DNA of 58,325 nucleotides from Vicinamibacteria bacterium (GTDB lineage: Bacteria > Acidobacteriota > Vicinamibacteria > Vicinamibacterales > UBA8438), in contig CAUZAY010000001.1 in the NCBI GenBank assembly GCA_963577695.1, positions 1 through 58,325 of the forward strand, given 5' to 3'. Below the pieces are notes generated by a model. That model ran no database searches and had not been told where the DNA came from. It saw only the letters and a list, made by a program, of their open reading frames with translations. The first letter of the stretch is position 1; each line of letters opens with the position of its first letter. Both the position numbers and the translations under genes were made by a program. This document shows, one piece after another, positions 35,043 through 46,527 of this stretch.

Positions 35043-36735
<1,693 letters not shown>

Positions 36736-36989
36736 GCTCAGCGTGGTGCTCGGCAATAGCGGGCAGCCCTGGCCGGCGGCGGACTTCGGGTCTCGCAGTC
36801 AGCAATGAACGCGACGGCGAACCGATTGCATCGAACGAATCGTGCCGAACCCAGGTCCACGTCTGGTCGCGATGTGTGCGCCCTGGCTCGTCGGGGTTCG
36901 ACCCTATTGCACGGCGGTCCCCGCTTGCGCCCACGGCGGCCGCCCGGATACAGTCCCGCGTAGCACTCCGGAAACCCGGCCAGGACCTC

Positions 36990-39900
36990 ATGCTGCGACC
37001 CCAGATCCGCCTCGGGCTGACCGCTATCGTGGCGCTGTGGGTCGCCTTCCCCGTCTCCGCCCAACCGGGGTTAGACCCCACGGCCGAGCAGGCTGAGTTC
37101 TTCGAGACCACCATCCGGCCGCTGCTGGCCGACAACTGCTATCAGTGCCACAGCGCTCAGACCGCGGCGCCGTTCGGCGGATTGCGGTTGGACAGCCGTG
37201 AAGGATTGCTGGCGGGCGGCGACACCGGACCCGCGCTGGTGCCGGGTGACGCCGGTGCGAGCGCGCTGGTACAGCGGGTTCAGGGACGACCGGTGCTGAT
37301 GCCGCCGACCGGGGCGTTGGCCCAGGAGGAGATCGTCGCGCTCGCCGCTTGGATCGAGATGGGCGCGCCGTGGTCCGAAGGCGCCGCCGCCGATGCCGGC
37401 ACGCCCGATCCGTCGGAACCGTTCGACCTCGACCGGCGCCGTCGCACGCACTGGGCCTGGCAGCCGGTCCGCCCGGTGCCGCCGGCGGAGGTCTCCGACC
37501 CGGCGTGGTCCGTTCGGCCCGTCGACCGCTTCATCCGAGCGCGGCTCGACATCGAGGGGCTGGCGCCGGCCGGTCCCGCCGACCGCCACACGCTCATCCG
37601 CCGGCTGTCGTTCGACCTGCGCGGGCTGCCGCCGACGCCGGCCGAGGTCGCGCGCTTCGTCGGCGATGTCTCGCCAGATGCCTACGAGGCCCTGGTCAAC
37701 CGCTATCTCGATTCGCCGCACTTCGGCGAACGCTGGGCCCGTCATTGGATGGACCTGGTCCGCTACAGCGACTCACACGGCAGCGAGGGCGACCCGGACA
37801 TTCCGGAGGCGTGGCGCTATCGCGACTACCTGATCCGGGCGCTGAACGCCGACGTGCCCTACGACCAACTCGTTCGCGAGCACCTGGCCGGCGACCTGTT
37901 GGCCGAGCCCCGGATCGACCCGGACGGCGGCCTGAACGAGTCCATCATCGCGACCGCGCACTACCGTCTCGTCGAGCACGGCTACCAGCCGGTGGATCCG
38001 TGGGAAGACCGGGTGAAGTGGACGGACAACCAGGTGGACGTAGTGTCGAAGGCGTTCATGGGGCTGACCGTGTCCTGTGCTCGCTGTCACGACCACAAGT
38101 TCGACGCGATCAGCCAGACGGACTACTACTCGTTGTTCGGAACGCTGTATGGAGCCAGGCCGACCCAGCGCGCCATCGACGCCCCGGCGCGGCTCGAGAC
38201 CAACAAGGCGGCGCTGGTCGAGACGAAGGCGGACATTCGCCGCCGTCTGGCCGACGTCTGGCTCGACGCGGTGGACGAGGTGCCGGCACGGCTGGCCGCA
38301 CTGGCGGACCCGTCCGCGGGCGTCGAGTCCCCGACAGATGCCACGGGATTGCCCCGTGTGGACGAAGCCGGCCCGGCCGAACCCGACGGCACCCTTCTGT
38401 CCGCCTGGCGCGAGCTGTCCGTGGTCGAGTCCGCCGCGTTCCCGACGATCTTTACCGCGTGGCGGGACCGCTGGGTCGGCGAGATCGCCGAGCGCGAGCG
38501 CTTCAACGCAGCGCGGTTCGAGACCGCGTGGGATTTCAGCGGACCCGACTACGCCGCGACGGTCGGGCACGGGACCGGACGGACCGCCGAGCCGTCGCCG
38601 CCCGGGGAGTTCGTGGTCCAACGCCGTGGCGACCGGGTGTTGAACGGGATCTACCCCGGCGGCGCCTACACGCACCTGCTGAGCGATAAGCACCCGGGCG
38701 TCGTCCAGACGCCGCGGTTCACGATCGACGACGACTTCATCAGCCTGCGGATGCTGGGCGGTAACCTCAGCTTCGCCAACCTCATCATCGAGAACTACGC
38801 CGTGCCACGTGGCGGCATCTACAACCTGCGCTACAGCCCGAAGCAGGACGAGATGCACTGGGCGCAGTGGGATACCAGCTTCTGGAAGGGGTTCTCCGCC
38901 TACATCGAGTTCGCGACCCAGGACGACGTCACCCAGTTCTTTTTCGACCCGGAGGACAGCGCCCGGCCCAACCGGCCGACTCGGCGCCGGGATGGGCGGT
39001 CGTCGATCGGCATCAGCCAGGTGTTGTTTCACGATGTCGACGAGACGCCACGTGACACGGTGGTGTCACTGCGGCATCTGCTGGATGCGACCGCGAGCCG
39101 ACCGCCGACGACGAGAGACGAGCTGGCCGCGGCCGTGGCCGACGCCCTCCGTGAAGTGGTCTCGACCTGGCGCGAGGGTCCGCTGAGGGAGCGCCAGGCG
39201 GCGTTCCTCGACGAGGCGTTGCGCGCCGACCTGTTGCCACGTTCGCTCGAAGATCTAGAGTCGCTGCGGGACGTCGTCGCCGAATATCGGCGGCTCGAGC
39301 GAGATGTGCCGGTGGCGCGACGGGCGCCTGGGGTGGTGGACGAGGCGGCGCCGGACCAGCCGTTGCTGGTGCGGGGGAACCACAAGAGCCTGGGCGACCC
39401 GGTGCCCCGCGGCTTCCTGAGCGCGCTGGACGGCACACCGTATTCGGAGCCGGGGCAAGTCCGGCTCCGACTGGCAGAGGCCATCACCGACCCGTCCAAC
39501 CCGCTTACCGCGCGGGTCGCCGTCAACCGGGTGTGGCGGCACCTGTTCGGGTATGGGCTGGTCCGGACCGTGGACAACTTCGGTCGCCTCGGCGACCCGC
39601 CCTCCCATCCCGGACTGCTCGACACGGTGGCCGCCGACTTCATTCAGGATGGCTACTCACTGAAGCGGCTCGCGCGGCGACTCGTCCGGACCGAGACGTA
39701 CCGAATGGGCAGCGTGGCGGCGCCGGCGGCGATCGAGCGGGACCCCGACAACCGATTGCTGCAGCACGCCAACCTGCGGCGGCTCGACGCCGAGGCGATC
39801 CGCGACTCGATGCTGTCGGTCAGCGGCCGGCTCGATACGACGATGTACGGGCCAGCGGTTCCGGTCCACTACGCCGCGCGGCACGGTCTGACCGAGGCAG

Positions 39901-40340
39901 ACCCTGAAAGGGGCCCGGTGGACGGCGACGGCCGCCGGAGTATCTATCAGGAGATCCGTCGGAACGCCTACAACCCGTTCCTCCAGGTGTTCGACCAGCC
40001 CAAGCCGGCCTCCACCCGTGGTCAGCGTGACTCCACCAACGTGCCAGCCCAGTCGCTCACGCTCCTCAACAGCCCGTTCGTGATCGGCCAGGCCGCCGAG
40101 TGGGGGCGACGGCTGGCCGAGGGGGAGGCGGGGACCGTTGACGGACGGCTCGACCACATGTATCTCAAGGCGTTCGCGCGTCGTCCGACCGACGGCGAAC
40201 GTGCCCGGGTGGTCGAGTACCTGCACGGGGTGGCAACCGGACGCGGCACCTCGACCGATCTGCTGCTCTACGACTCGCAGGTCTGGCAGGATGTCGCCCA
40301 CAGTCTCTTCAATCTCAAGGAGTACCTCTTCGTCAGGTAA
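36990..40340 (+). CDS. PSCyt1 / PSCyt2 (DUF1549) / PSD1 (DUF1553) multidomain haem c protein
   Basis: ATG 36990 gives the signal peptide MLRPQIRLGLTAIVALWVAFPVSAQ, then CYQCHS (haem c), later ..CARCHDHKFD.. (DUF1549 hallmark) and a DUF1553-like C-terminus. The track N-terminal extension (36693..) overlaps the katG end and is not credible. Confidence 0.85.
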   Translation: MLRPQIRLGLTAIVALWVAFPVSAQPGLDPTAEQAEFFETTIRPLLADNCYQCHSAQTAAPFGGLRLDSREGLLAGGDTGPALVPGDAGASALVQRVQGRPVLMPPTGALAQEEIVALAAWIEMGAPWSEGAAADAGTPDPSEPFDLDRRRRTHWAWQPVRPVPPAEVSDPAWSVRPVDRFIRARLDIEGLAPAGPADRHTLIRRLSFDLRGLPPTPAEVARFVGDVSPDAYEALVNRYLDSPHFGERWARHWMDLVRYSDSHGSEGDPDIPEAWRYRDYLIRALNADVPYDQLVREHLAGDLLAEPRIDPDGGLNESIIATAHYRLVEHGYQPVDPWEDRVKWTDNQVDVVSKAFMGLTVSCARCHDHKFDAISQTDYYSLFGTLYGARPTQRAIDAPARLETNKAALVETKADIRRRLADVWLDAVDEVPARLAALADPSAGVESPTDATGLPRVDEAGPAEPDGTLLSAWRELSVVESAAFPTIFTAWRDRWVGEIAERERFNAARFETAWDFSGPDYAATVGHGTGRTAEPSPPGEFVVQRRGDRVLNGIYPGGAYTHLLSDKHPGVVQTPRFTIDDDFISLRMLGGNLSFANLIIENYAVPRGGIYNLRYSPKQDEMHWAQWDTSFWKGFSAYIEFATQDDVTQFFFDPEDSARPNRPTRRRDGRSSIGISQVLFHDVDETPRDTVVSLRHLLDATASRPPTTRDELAAAVADALREVVSTWREGPLRERQAAFLDEALRADLLPRSLEDLESLRDVVAEYRRLERDVPVARRAPGVVDEAAPDQPLLVRGNHKSLGDPVPRGFLSALDGTPYSEPGQVRLRLAEAITDPSNPLTARVAVNRVWRHLFGYGLVRTVDNFGRLGDPPSHPGLLDTVAADFIQDGYSLKRLARRLVRTETYRMGSVAAPAAIERDPDNRLLQHANLRRLDAEAIRDSMLSVSGRLDTTMYGPAVPVHYAARHGLTEADPERGPVDGDGRRSIYQEIRRNAYNPFLQVFDQPKPASTRGQRDSTNVPAQSLTLLNSPFVIGQAAEWGRRLAEGEAGTVDGRLDHMYLKAFARRPTDGERARVVEYLHGVATGRGTSTDLLLYDSQVWQDVAHSLFNLKEYLFVR

Positions 40341-40347
40341 GCCTGCC

Positions 40348-41817
40348 ATGTGCTTCGACCCGCGCCATCACCACGACCATCCGGCCCCACGCCCCTTCCA
40401 GACCCGGCGCGAGATGCTGCGCCACACGTCGACCGGCTTCGGCTTTCTCGCCCTGTCGGCGCTGATGGCCGATCGGGCCTACGGGGGGCGGGCCCAGGAG
40501 ACGTCGGACGGGCCGCTGGCGGCAAAGGCACCACACTTCGCTCCGAAAGTGAAGAACGTCATCTTCTGCTACATGTCCGGTGGCCTCTCGCACATCGACT
40601 CGTTCGACCCGAAGCCCCGGCTCGCCGCCGAGGCGGGCCGGCCGATGCCGTTCCGGACCGAGCGGACGATGTTCAACGAGGACGGCAACATCCTGCCGAG
40701 CCCCTGGGAGTTCACGCGGTATGGGCAGAGCGGCATACCAGTGAGCGCGCTGTTTCCGCACATCGGGTCGGTCGCCGACGAACTCACCGTCATCCGCTCG
40801 ATGACCGCGCCGTTCATGGAGCACGCGCAGGCGAACTTCTACTTCCATGCCGGCATGCCGTTCAATGGGTTCCCGAGCCTGGGCGCGTGGGTGACCTACG
40901 GGCTGGGGACCGAGAACCAGAACCTGCCAGGGTTCGTGGTGCTTGGCAGCGGCGGCATCCCGCTGGGCGGAGTGAACGTGCTCGGCAACGGCTTTCTGCC
41001 GGCGGTGCATCAAGGCTCCTTTATCTATCCCGAGAATCCGGAGCCGCTGAACAACGTCCGGCCACGGGAGACCGATGCCAGTCAGCGAGAACGGCTGGGC
41101 CTCGTCGGTGACCTGGATGCGGGGTTCGTCGAACAGGTCGGTGGCGACCGACAGGTGGAGGCCGCCATCGACAACTACGAGATCGCCTACCGGATGCAGA
41201 CCGCGGTGCCCGAACTGGTCGACCTGTCGGAGGAGACCCAGGCGACGACGCAGCTCTACGGCATGGACTCGTCCAACGCCTCGACGGCCGCCTATGGACG
41301 GCAATGTCTGGTCGCGCGCCGACTGGTCGAGCGGGGGGTCCGATTCGTCGAGCTGACCATGGTGGGCACCGACGGGATGGGGCAGGCGGCCAATCCTTGG
41401 GATCAGCACACCAAGTTGATCGAGGGACATGCCGCCAACGCGCTCACGGTGGATCAGCCGGTGGCCGGTCTGGTCAAGGACCTGCAGTCGCGTGGTCTGC
41501 TCGACGAGACCCTCGTCATCTTCTCCGGCGAGTTCGGCCGGACCCCGTTCGTACAAGGCACCAACGGCCGTGACCACAACCCCTACGGCTTCAGCCTCTG
41601 GCTGGCCGGCGGCGGTCTCAAGAAGGGGTTCATCTACGGCCAGACCGACGAGTATGGCTACCGGGTGGTCGAGAACGCCCACACCGTGCGCGACCTGCAC
41701 GCCACCGTCCTGACACTGCTCGGGCTCGACTACCGCGGTCTGACCTACCGGTTCGGCGGCCGCGACTACCGCCTGGCCGACGTCGACGGCCACCCGATTC
41801 GGGGCATTCTGGCCTGA
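40348..41817 (+). CDS. DUF1501 domain protein (sulfatase/phosphatase-superfamily fold, Tat signal)
   Basis: TRREMLRHTSTGFGFLALSAL (twin-Arg region), ..VIFCYMSGGLSHIDSFDPKP.., ..GRDHNPYGFSLWLAGGG... It lies 7 nt after the PSD1 gene, which is the canonical partner arrangement. Confidence 0.85.
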   Translation: MCFDPRHHHDHPAPRPFQTRREMLRHTSTGFGFLALSALMADRAYGGRAQETSDGPLAAKAPHFAPKVKNVIFCYMSGGLSHIDSFDPKPRLAAEAGRPMPFRTERTMFNEDGNILPSPWEFTRYGQSGIPVSALFPHIGSVADELTVIRSMTAPFMEHAQANFYFHAGMPFNGFPSLGAWVTYGLGTENQNLPGFVVLGSGGIPLGGVNVLGNGFLPAVHQGSFIYPENPEPLNNVRPRETDASQRERLGLVGDLDAGFVEQVGGDRQVEAAIDNYEIAYRMQTAVPELVDLSEETQATTQLYGMDSSNASTAAYGRQCLVARRLVERGVRFVELTMVGTDGMGQAANPWDQHTKLIEGHAANALTVDQPVAGLVKDLQSRGLLDETLVIFSGEFGRTPFVQGTNGRDHNPYGFSLWLAGGGLKKGFIYGQTDEYGYRVVENAHTVRDLHATVLTLLGLDYRGLTYRFGGRDYRLADVDGHPIRGILA

Positions 41818-41858
41818 CCGCGTCAACGGAGTTTGAACCGAGAGGAAGGGGGCTACCG

Positions 41859-42719
41859 ATGATGGATCGCTTGAGACGAAAGATACTCAAGACGGGTGCC
41901 GCGGCGACGGTGATGGCGGCAGCGCCGGGGGTGTTCGCGCAACAGACCGGCCAGAGCGAAGCGGCCTTGTCCTTCTACCAGGAGGGGGACGTTCGCATTC
42001 GCTATGAGGCAGCTGGCTCCGGATTTCCGCTGCTGGTGATCCCGGGTGGGGGCTTGAATTCGACGATCGCCGGCTTGGCTACGCATCCCTTCAACCCGAT
42101 GGAGGAGCTCAGCGGCGAGTACCGGTGCATTGCGGCGGACCTGCGCAACGGCAACCGCGGCCAATCGTCTGGTCCGCTGGAGGTGGACCGGCCGTGGGAT
42201 TCTCATACCGACGACCATCTCGGTGTGATGGATCACTTGGGCATCGACAAATTCATGGTGCTGGGTTTTTGCATCGCCGGCCCGTTCATCTGGAACCTCC
42301 TGCGTCGGGCGCCCAATCGGGTGGTCGCGGCCGTGCTGGCGCAGCCCAGCGGGTGGAGTCGCGAGACCCCTACACTGTTCTACGACAACAACATGAGCGG
42401 ATGGGGGCCAGACCTGGTCCAGCGTCGGCCCGAGATCACGACAACCATGGTCGACGCGTTCCTGACGAAGATGTACCTCGACAACCAGGATTTCGTCTTC
42501 ACCGTCACCCGCGACTTCGTACGCCAGTGCCAGACCCCGATTCTGATCCTGCCCGACGACATCCCGGCACATCCGTACGAGGTCGCGATGGAGGCCGCCA
42601 TGCTGGCGCCGCAGTCCGAGCTGAGCATGTTCCCGTGGAAGCAGCCCGCGGAGCGGATTCCTCTGGCGGTTCGCCAGATACGGTCGTTCCTCCGGGCGCA
42701 TCGGCCGGCTTCCGCTTGA
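41859..42719 (+). CDS. Alpha/beta hydrolase with Tat-type signal
   Basis: MMDRLRRKILKTGAAATVMAAAPGVFAQ, then ..GSGFPLLVIPGGG.., ..MVLGFCIAGPF.. (nucleophile-elbow position). Confidence 0.65.
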   Translation: MMDRLRRKILKTGAAATVMAAAPGVFAQQTGQSEAALSFYQEGDVRIRYEAAGSGFPLLVIPGGGLNSTIAGLATHPFNPMEELSGEYRCIAADLRNGNRGQSSGPLEVDRPWDSHTDDHLGVMDHLGIDKFMVLGFCIAGPFIWNLLRRAPNRVVAAVLAQPSGWSRETPTLFYDNNMSGWGPDLVQRRPEITTTMVDAFLTKMYLDNQDFVFTVTRDFVRQCQTPILILPDDIPAHPYEVAMEAAMLAPQSELSMFPWKQPAERIPLAVRQIRSFLRAHRPASA

Positions 42720-42780
42720 AACGCAGGCGCCAACGGGTCCTACGCACTGATTTGGACCTGGACAAACCGGAGGACATACC

Positions 42781-44844
42781 ATGAAGACCACGACCGCCGC
42801 GTGCGCGCTGGCCGCCTACGTCGTCGCAACCGGCACGGCCAGCACCGCCGTCGGAGCGGTCGTGCCGCTGGATATGAGCGGTGTCCAATCCGGGGTAGTG
42901 ACAGTCACCGAGACCGGAGACGCCGTCGTCGTGGCCTGGCCGGATGAGAGTGGGCAGACATGGCGGGCCACGTTCTCACTCGATCCGGAGACGCCGCTCA
43001 TCCGGTCGATCGAGGCCGGCGACACGGTCATCGTGTCGAACGCTCGCCCCTACTATCAGGGCGAGACCGGCACGCGCCGACGCGGCTGGAATGCGTTCTT
43101 CGACTACCCACCAGCGCACCCGAATGGCACCCGGACGGTGCAGGGCGTGTTCACCCTTCGCGGCGCCACCGCCCGCACCGTCGGGGACCGCGTCGAGATT
43201 CTGTTCGATGGTCTGAAGATGGGCGTCTTCGACGACGGGGGCATCGCTTACACGATCTTTCCCGGCAGCCGCCTGATTCAGCAGGAAGCGGTCCTGACGA
43301 CATACCAGGCCGACGTCGCCTACTACTACGACGCCGGATGGGAGATGGCGGCCACGGCCGACCGTGTCGTCGGGGGCAACATGGCGACCCATGTCAGCTA
43401 CTACGACACGACCGGCGCGCTGCAGGAAGATGTGAGTACCGGTTTCGACCCGGAGCGGGTCCCGGTCCAGGTGCGCTATCGCACGCTGGCGCTCGAGACC
43501 GGGCAGGGCAGCGTCGCGGTGTTTCCGGCGCCGCATCAATATTTCTTTCCGCGCGACTTCACCTCGAACCTCGGCTATCTCTGGCATCGCTCGTGGCGCG
43601 GTCGGGTGTCGCTCGGTATCAGGCAGATCCGCGACACCAACTGGCGGTTCTATCCCTGGATGAATGCCCCTCCGGGCCAGACCCAACGGATGTCGGTGTT
43701 CTTCCTGTTGTCGTCCGGCGCGCCAGCCGACACCCTCGACGACGTCCTGGCCTACACGAACCGCGATCGGTTCCGCCCGGTCGAGGGCTACAAGACGATG
43801 AGCACGCACTGGCACTTGGCCTATACGATGCAGGCGCTCGAGCATGGCTTCGACTGGACCCCGCCGTTCAAACCGGTGCTGAAGGCGATGGGGGTCGATG
43901 CGTCGATCATCATGGACTTCCACGGCGACGGACATCCGCGCGACCTGACCGATCTACGGCTCGACGAACTGGACGCGTACTTCACGGCGCTGCGCGCGCA
44001 ATCGGAACCGGACTTCTTATTGATCCCGAGCGAAGAGGCCAACGTGCACTTCGGGGGACACTGGGCGCTGTTCTTCCCACAACCGGTCTACTGGTTCATG
44101 GACCGGCCGGAGGGTGGCCAGTTCGAGATGACGCACCCCAAGTACGGCAAGGTCTACAGCACCGCGAATGCCGAGGAACTGCTCGAACTGGTGCGCCGCG
44201 AGGGCGGGTTCATGTATCAAACCCACCCGCGCACGAAAGGGTCGACCGGTTTTCCCGATCAGATCGCGCAGATGGACCATTTCCAGGACCCGGCCTATCT
44301 TGGCGCCGGCTGGAAGGCGATGCCGTCGGACCCGTCCTCACCGCGCCTGGGCGAGCGGTCACTGACGCTGCTCGACGACCTGAGCGCTCAAGGGATTCGC
44401 AAAGAGATCTTCGGCGAGGTCGACGTGTTCCAGCTTGATGACACGCACGAGCTGTACGCGCACATGAACATCAACTACATCAAGCTGGATGAGTTGCCCT
44501 CGTTCGACCGGTGGGGCGAAGCACTCGAACCGCTTGCGAACGGCGACTTCTTCACCACCACCGGCGAGGTGCTGCTCGCGAACGTCGACTGGTCCAAGTC
44601 GACCGACGACGAGATCGCGGTGACGGGACAGCTCGACTGGACGTTCCCTTTGCGCTTCGCGGAAGTCGTCTGGGGCGACGGCGACGAGACGCATCGAGAG
44701 ATGTTCCCGATGACCCACACGCCCTCGTTCGGCGCCACGCCGTTCGAGTTCACGGTCGACGCCGCCGGATGGGACTGGGCGCGGATCGCCGTCTGGGACG
44801 TGGCCGCCAACGGCGCGTTCGTCAACCCCACCTGGCGGGACTGA
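42781..44844 (+). CDS. Secreted hypothetical protein (His/Asp-rich C-terminal half, possibly a metal-dependent hydrolase)
   Basis: 687 aa, signal peptide, natural composition. The blocks STHWHLAY, DFHGDGHPRD, EEANVHFGGHW, YQTHPRTKG and DDTHELYAH suggest a metal site. No family assigned. Confidence 0.6.
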   Translation: MKTTTAACALAAYVVATGTASTAVGAVVPLDMSGVQSGVVTVTETGDAVVVAWPDESGQTWRATFSLDPETPLIRSIEAGDTVIVSNARPYYQGETGTRRRGWNAFFDYPPAHPNGTRTVQGVFTLRGATARTVGDRVEILFDGLKMGVFDDGGIAYTIFPGSRLIQQEAVLTTYQADVAYYYDAGWEMAATADRVVGGNMATHVSYYDTTGALQEDVSTGFDPERVPVQVRYRTLALETGQGSVAVFPAPHQYFFPRDFTSNLGYLWHRSWRGRVSLGIRQIRDTNWRFYPWMNAPPGQTQRMSVFFLLSSGAPADTLDDVLAYTNRDRFRPVEGYKTMSTHWHLAYTMQALEHGFDWTPPFKPVLKAMGVDASIIMDFHGDGHPRDLTDLRLDELDAYFTALRAQSEPDFLLIPSEEANVHFGGHWALFFPQPVYWFMDRPEGGQFEMTHPKYGKVYSTANAEELLELVRREGGFMYQTHPRTKGSTGFPDQIAQMDHFQDPAYLGAGWKAMPSDPSSPRLGERSLTLLDDLSAQGIRKEIFGEVDVFQLDDTHELYAHMNINYIKLDELPSFDRWGEALEPLANGDFFTTTGEVLLANVDWSKSTDDEIAVTGQLDWTFPLRFAEVVWGDGDETHREMFPMTHTPSFGATPFEFTVDAAGWDWARIAVWDVAANGAFVNPTWRD

Positions 44845-46494
44845 CTACGGTTGTGTCTGGGCGACGAACTCGGCCGCCATCCGCTCGTCACGTTCCATCG
44901 CCGCGCGCACCTGGTCGGGTCGGGTCTGAAAGCAGTCGAGGCACACGGAGGGGTCGACGTGGTGGTCCTCAGGGTCGAGTCCGCGGGCCTGCATGAGCTC
45001 GCGCAGGCGGTCGGCGGTGTGGGTCTGCGCCTTGTAGAAATCTGAATAGCTGAGCCCGTTGGCCAGGGCGAGGGGGGTCCATCCCTCGACCGTACGTGGG
45101 TCGAGATCGGCGCCTTGCTCTACCAGATAGTCCACGAGGGCGTTGACGCCCCGGAACGCGACGCCGTGGAGCGCCGTCTCACCACGGTCGTTGACCGCGT
45201 TGACGTCGGTGCCGAGCTCGACGCACATCCGCACCGCCTCGAACACCTCCGGCTCCTGCCCGGGCAGTGATCCGCCGTCTTCACCGGGAATGAAGATGGC
45301 GATACCGGCCGCCACCATCAGCGGCGTGGTCCCGTCAGCGCTTGGCATGAGCGGGTCGGCACCCGCGGCCACCAGCACCCGCATCGCTTCCACATCGGTG
45401 TTCTTCGCGGCGAGGAAAAACGCGGTCGCGCCAAGGCGATTCAGCCGGCTCCGCTGGCCATCCTTCATCCCGTTCCGGCTCATGCGGGCATCGACGTCCA
45501 CCCCGCGCGCTATCAGCTTGTGGATGACATCGATGCTGTCGACCCGTCCGGTCGGAATCGGGCCGGCCTGGCCGCCACTCGGATTGGGCCGCCGGGTGCG
45601 CACGACCTGGTGCAGGGCGTTCCACCCGGCCCCGGCCAGCGTCGGGTCAGCGCCGCGGTCGAGCAGGTAGTCGGCCAGCTCCCAGTTGGCGTTCGCGGCG
45701 GCGACCACAAGCGCGCTCTGACCGTCGGACAACAGATCGTTGACGTCGGCCCCGGCGTCGAGCAGCACGCGTGTCGCATCGAGCTGACCAGCCCGGGCCG
45801 CGAACAACAACGCGGTGAACCCGGTGGCGCGTGGGCTCGAGAAATAGCTGCCGCCAGCCGATGGCTCCTGCCGGGGCGTCCGGGCACGTACGTCCGCACC
45901 ATGTTCGACCAGCACCTCGATGGCGGCCGCGTTGTTCCGGGCCGCCGCCCACATGAGCGCGGTCTGGCCTGACCCAGGGTCGGTGACGTTGGGATCGGCT
46001 CCCGCCGTCAACAACCGTCGGACCACGTCGGCCACGCCGGCGCGAGCCGCGGTCATCAACACCGTCTCACCACCCGGCAAGGCGGTGTGTGGGTCAGCGC
46101 CGGCATCCAGGAGACGACCGAGGACCGCGGCATTCCCGTTCGAGGCCGCGAGGCTGATCGGTCGGATGCCGTATCGGTTCGCCATCGCCACGTCAGCGCC
46201 ACGGGCGAGAAGCAACCTCACCAGCTCGTCGTGATCCTGGTGTACGGCCCAGTGCAACGCGGTCGCGCCGTCAGGCGTGGTGTGGTTGACGTCGGCGCCG
46301 CCCGAGAGGAGCGTGCCCACCGCCGTCAGGTCGCCGGTCTTCACGGCGGCGATCAGCGGCACATCGTCCGCCTTCGCCAAGGCTTCGGCGGACAGGTCCG
46401 CTGTGGGGACCAGGCCGAAGATGAGGGTCACGAAGACCGATAGGGTCGAGAGTCGCAATTCAGTCATCGGCGGCCACGGTTTTCTGGAACGCAC
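44845..46494 (-). CDS. Secreted ankyrin-repeat protein, paralogue 2
   Basis: Collinear with 10358..11932 (..DVPLIAAVKTGDLTAVGTLLSGGADVNHTTPDGATALHWAV..). The start is uncertain (GTG 46494 or ATG 46467). Confidence 0.85.
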   Translation of the reverse strand: MRSRKPWPPMTELRLSTLSVFVTLIFGLVPTADLSAEALAKADDVPLIAAVKTGDLTAVGTLLSGGADVNHTTPDGATALHWAVHQDHDELVRLLLARGADVAMANRYGIRPISLAASNGNAAVLGRLLDAGADPHTALPGGETVLMTAARAGVADVVRRLLTAGADPNVTDPGSGQTALMWAAARNNAAAIEVLVEHGADVRARTPRQEPSAGGSYFSSPRATGFTALLFAARAGQLDATRVLLDAGADVNDLLSDGQSALVVAAANANWELADYLLDRGADPTLAGAGWNALHQVVRTRRPNPSGGQAGPIPTGRVDSIDVIHKLIARGVDVDARMSRNGMKDGQRSRLNRLGATAFFLAAKNTDVEAMRVLVAAGADPLMPSADGTTPLMVAAGIAIFIPGEDGGSLPGQEPEVFEAVRMCVELGTDVNAVNDRGETALHGVAFRGVNALVDYLVEQGADLDPRTVEGWTPLALANGLSYSDFYKAQTHTADRLRELMQARGLDPEDHHVDPSVCLDCFQTRPDQVRAAMERDERMAAEFVAQTQP

Positions 46495-46527
46495 GGGCCA
46501 GTCCGCCGCAGCCTTGGCGAAGGCGGG

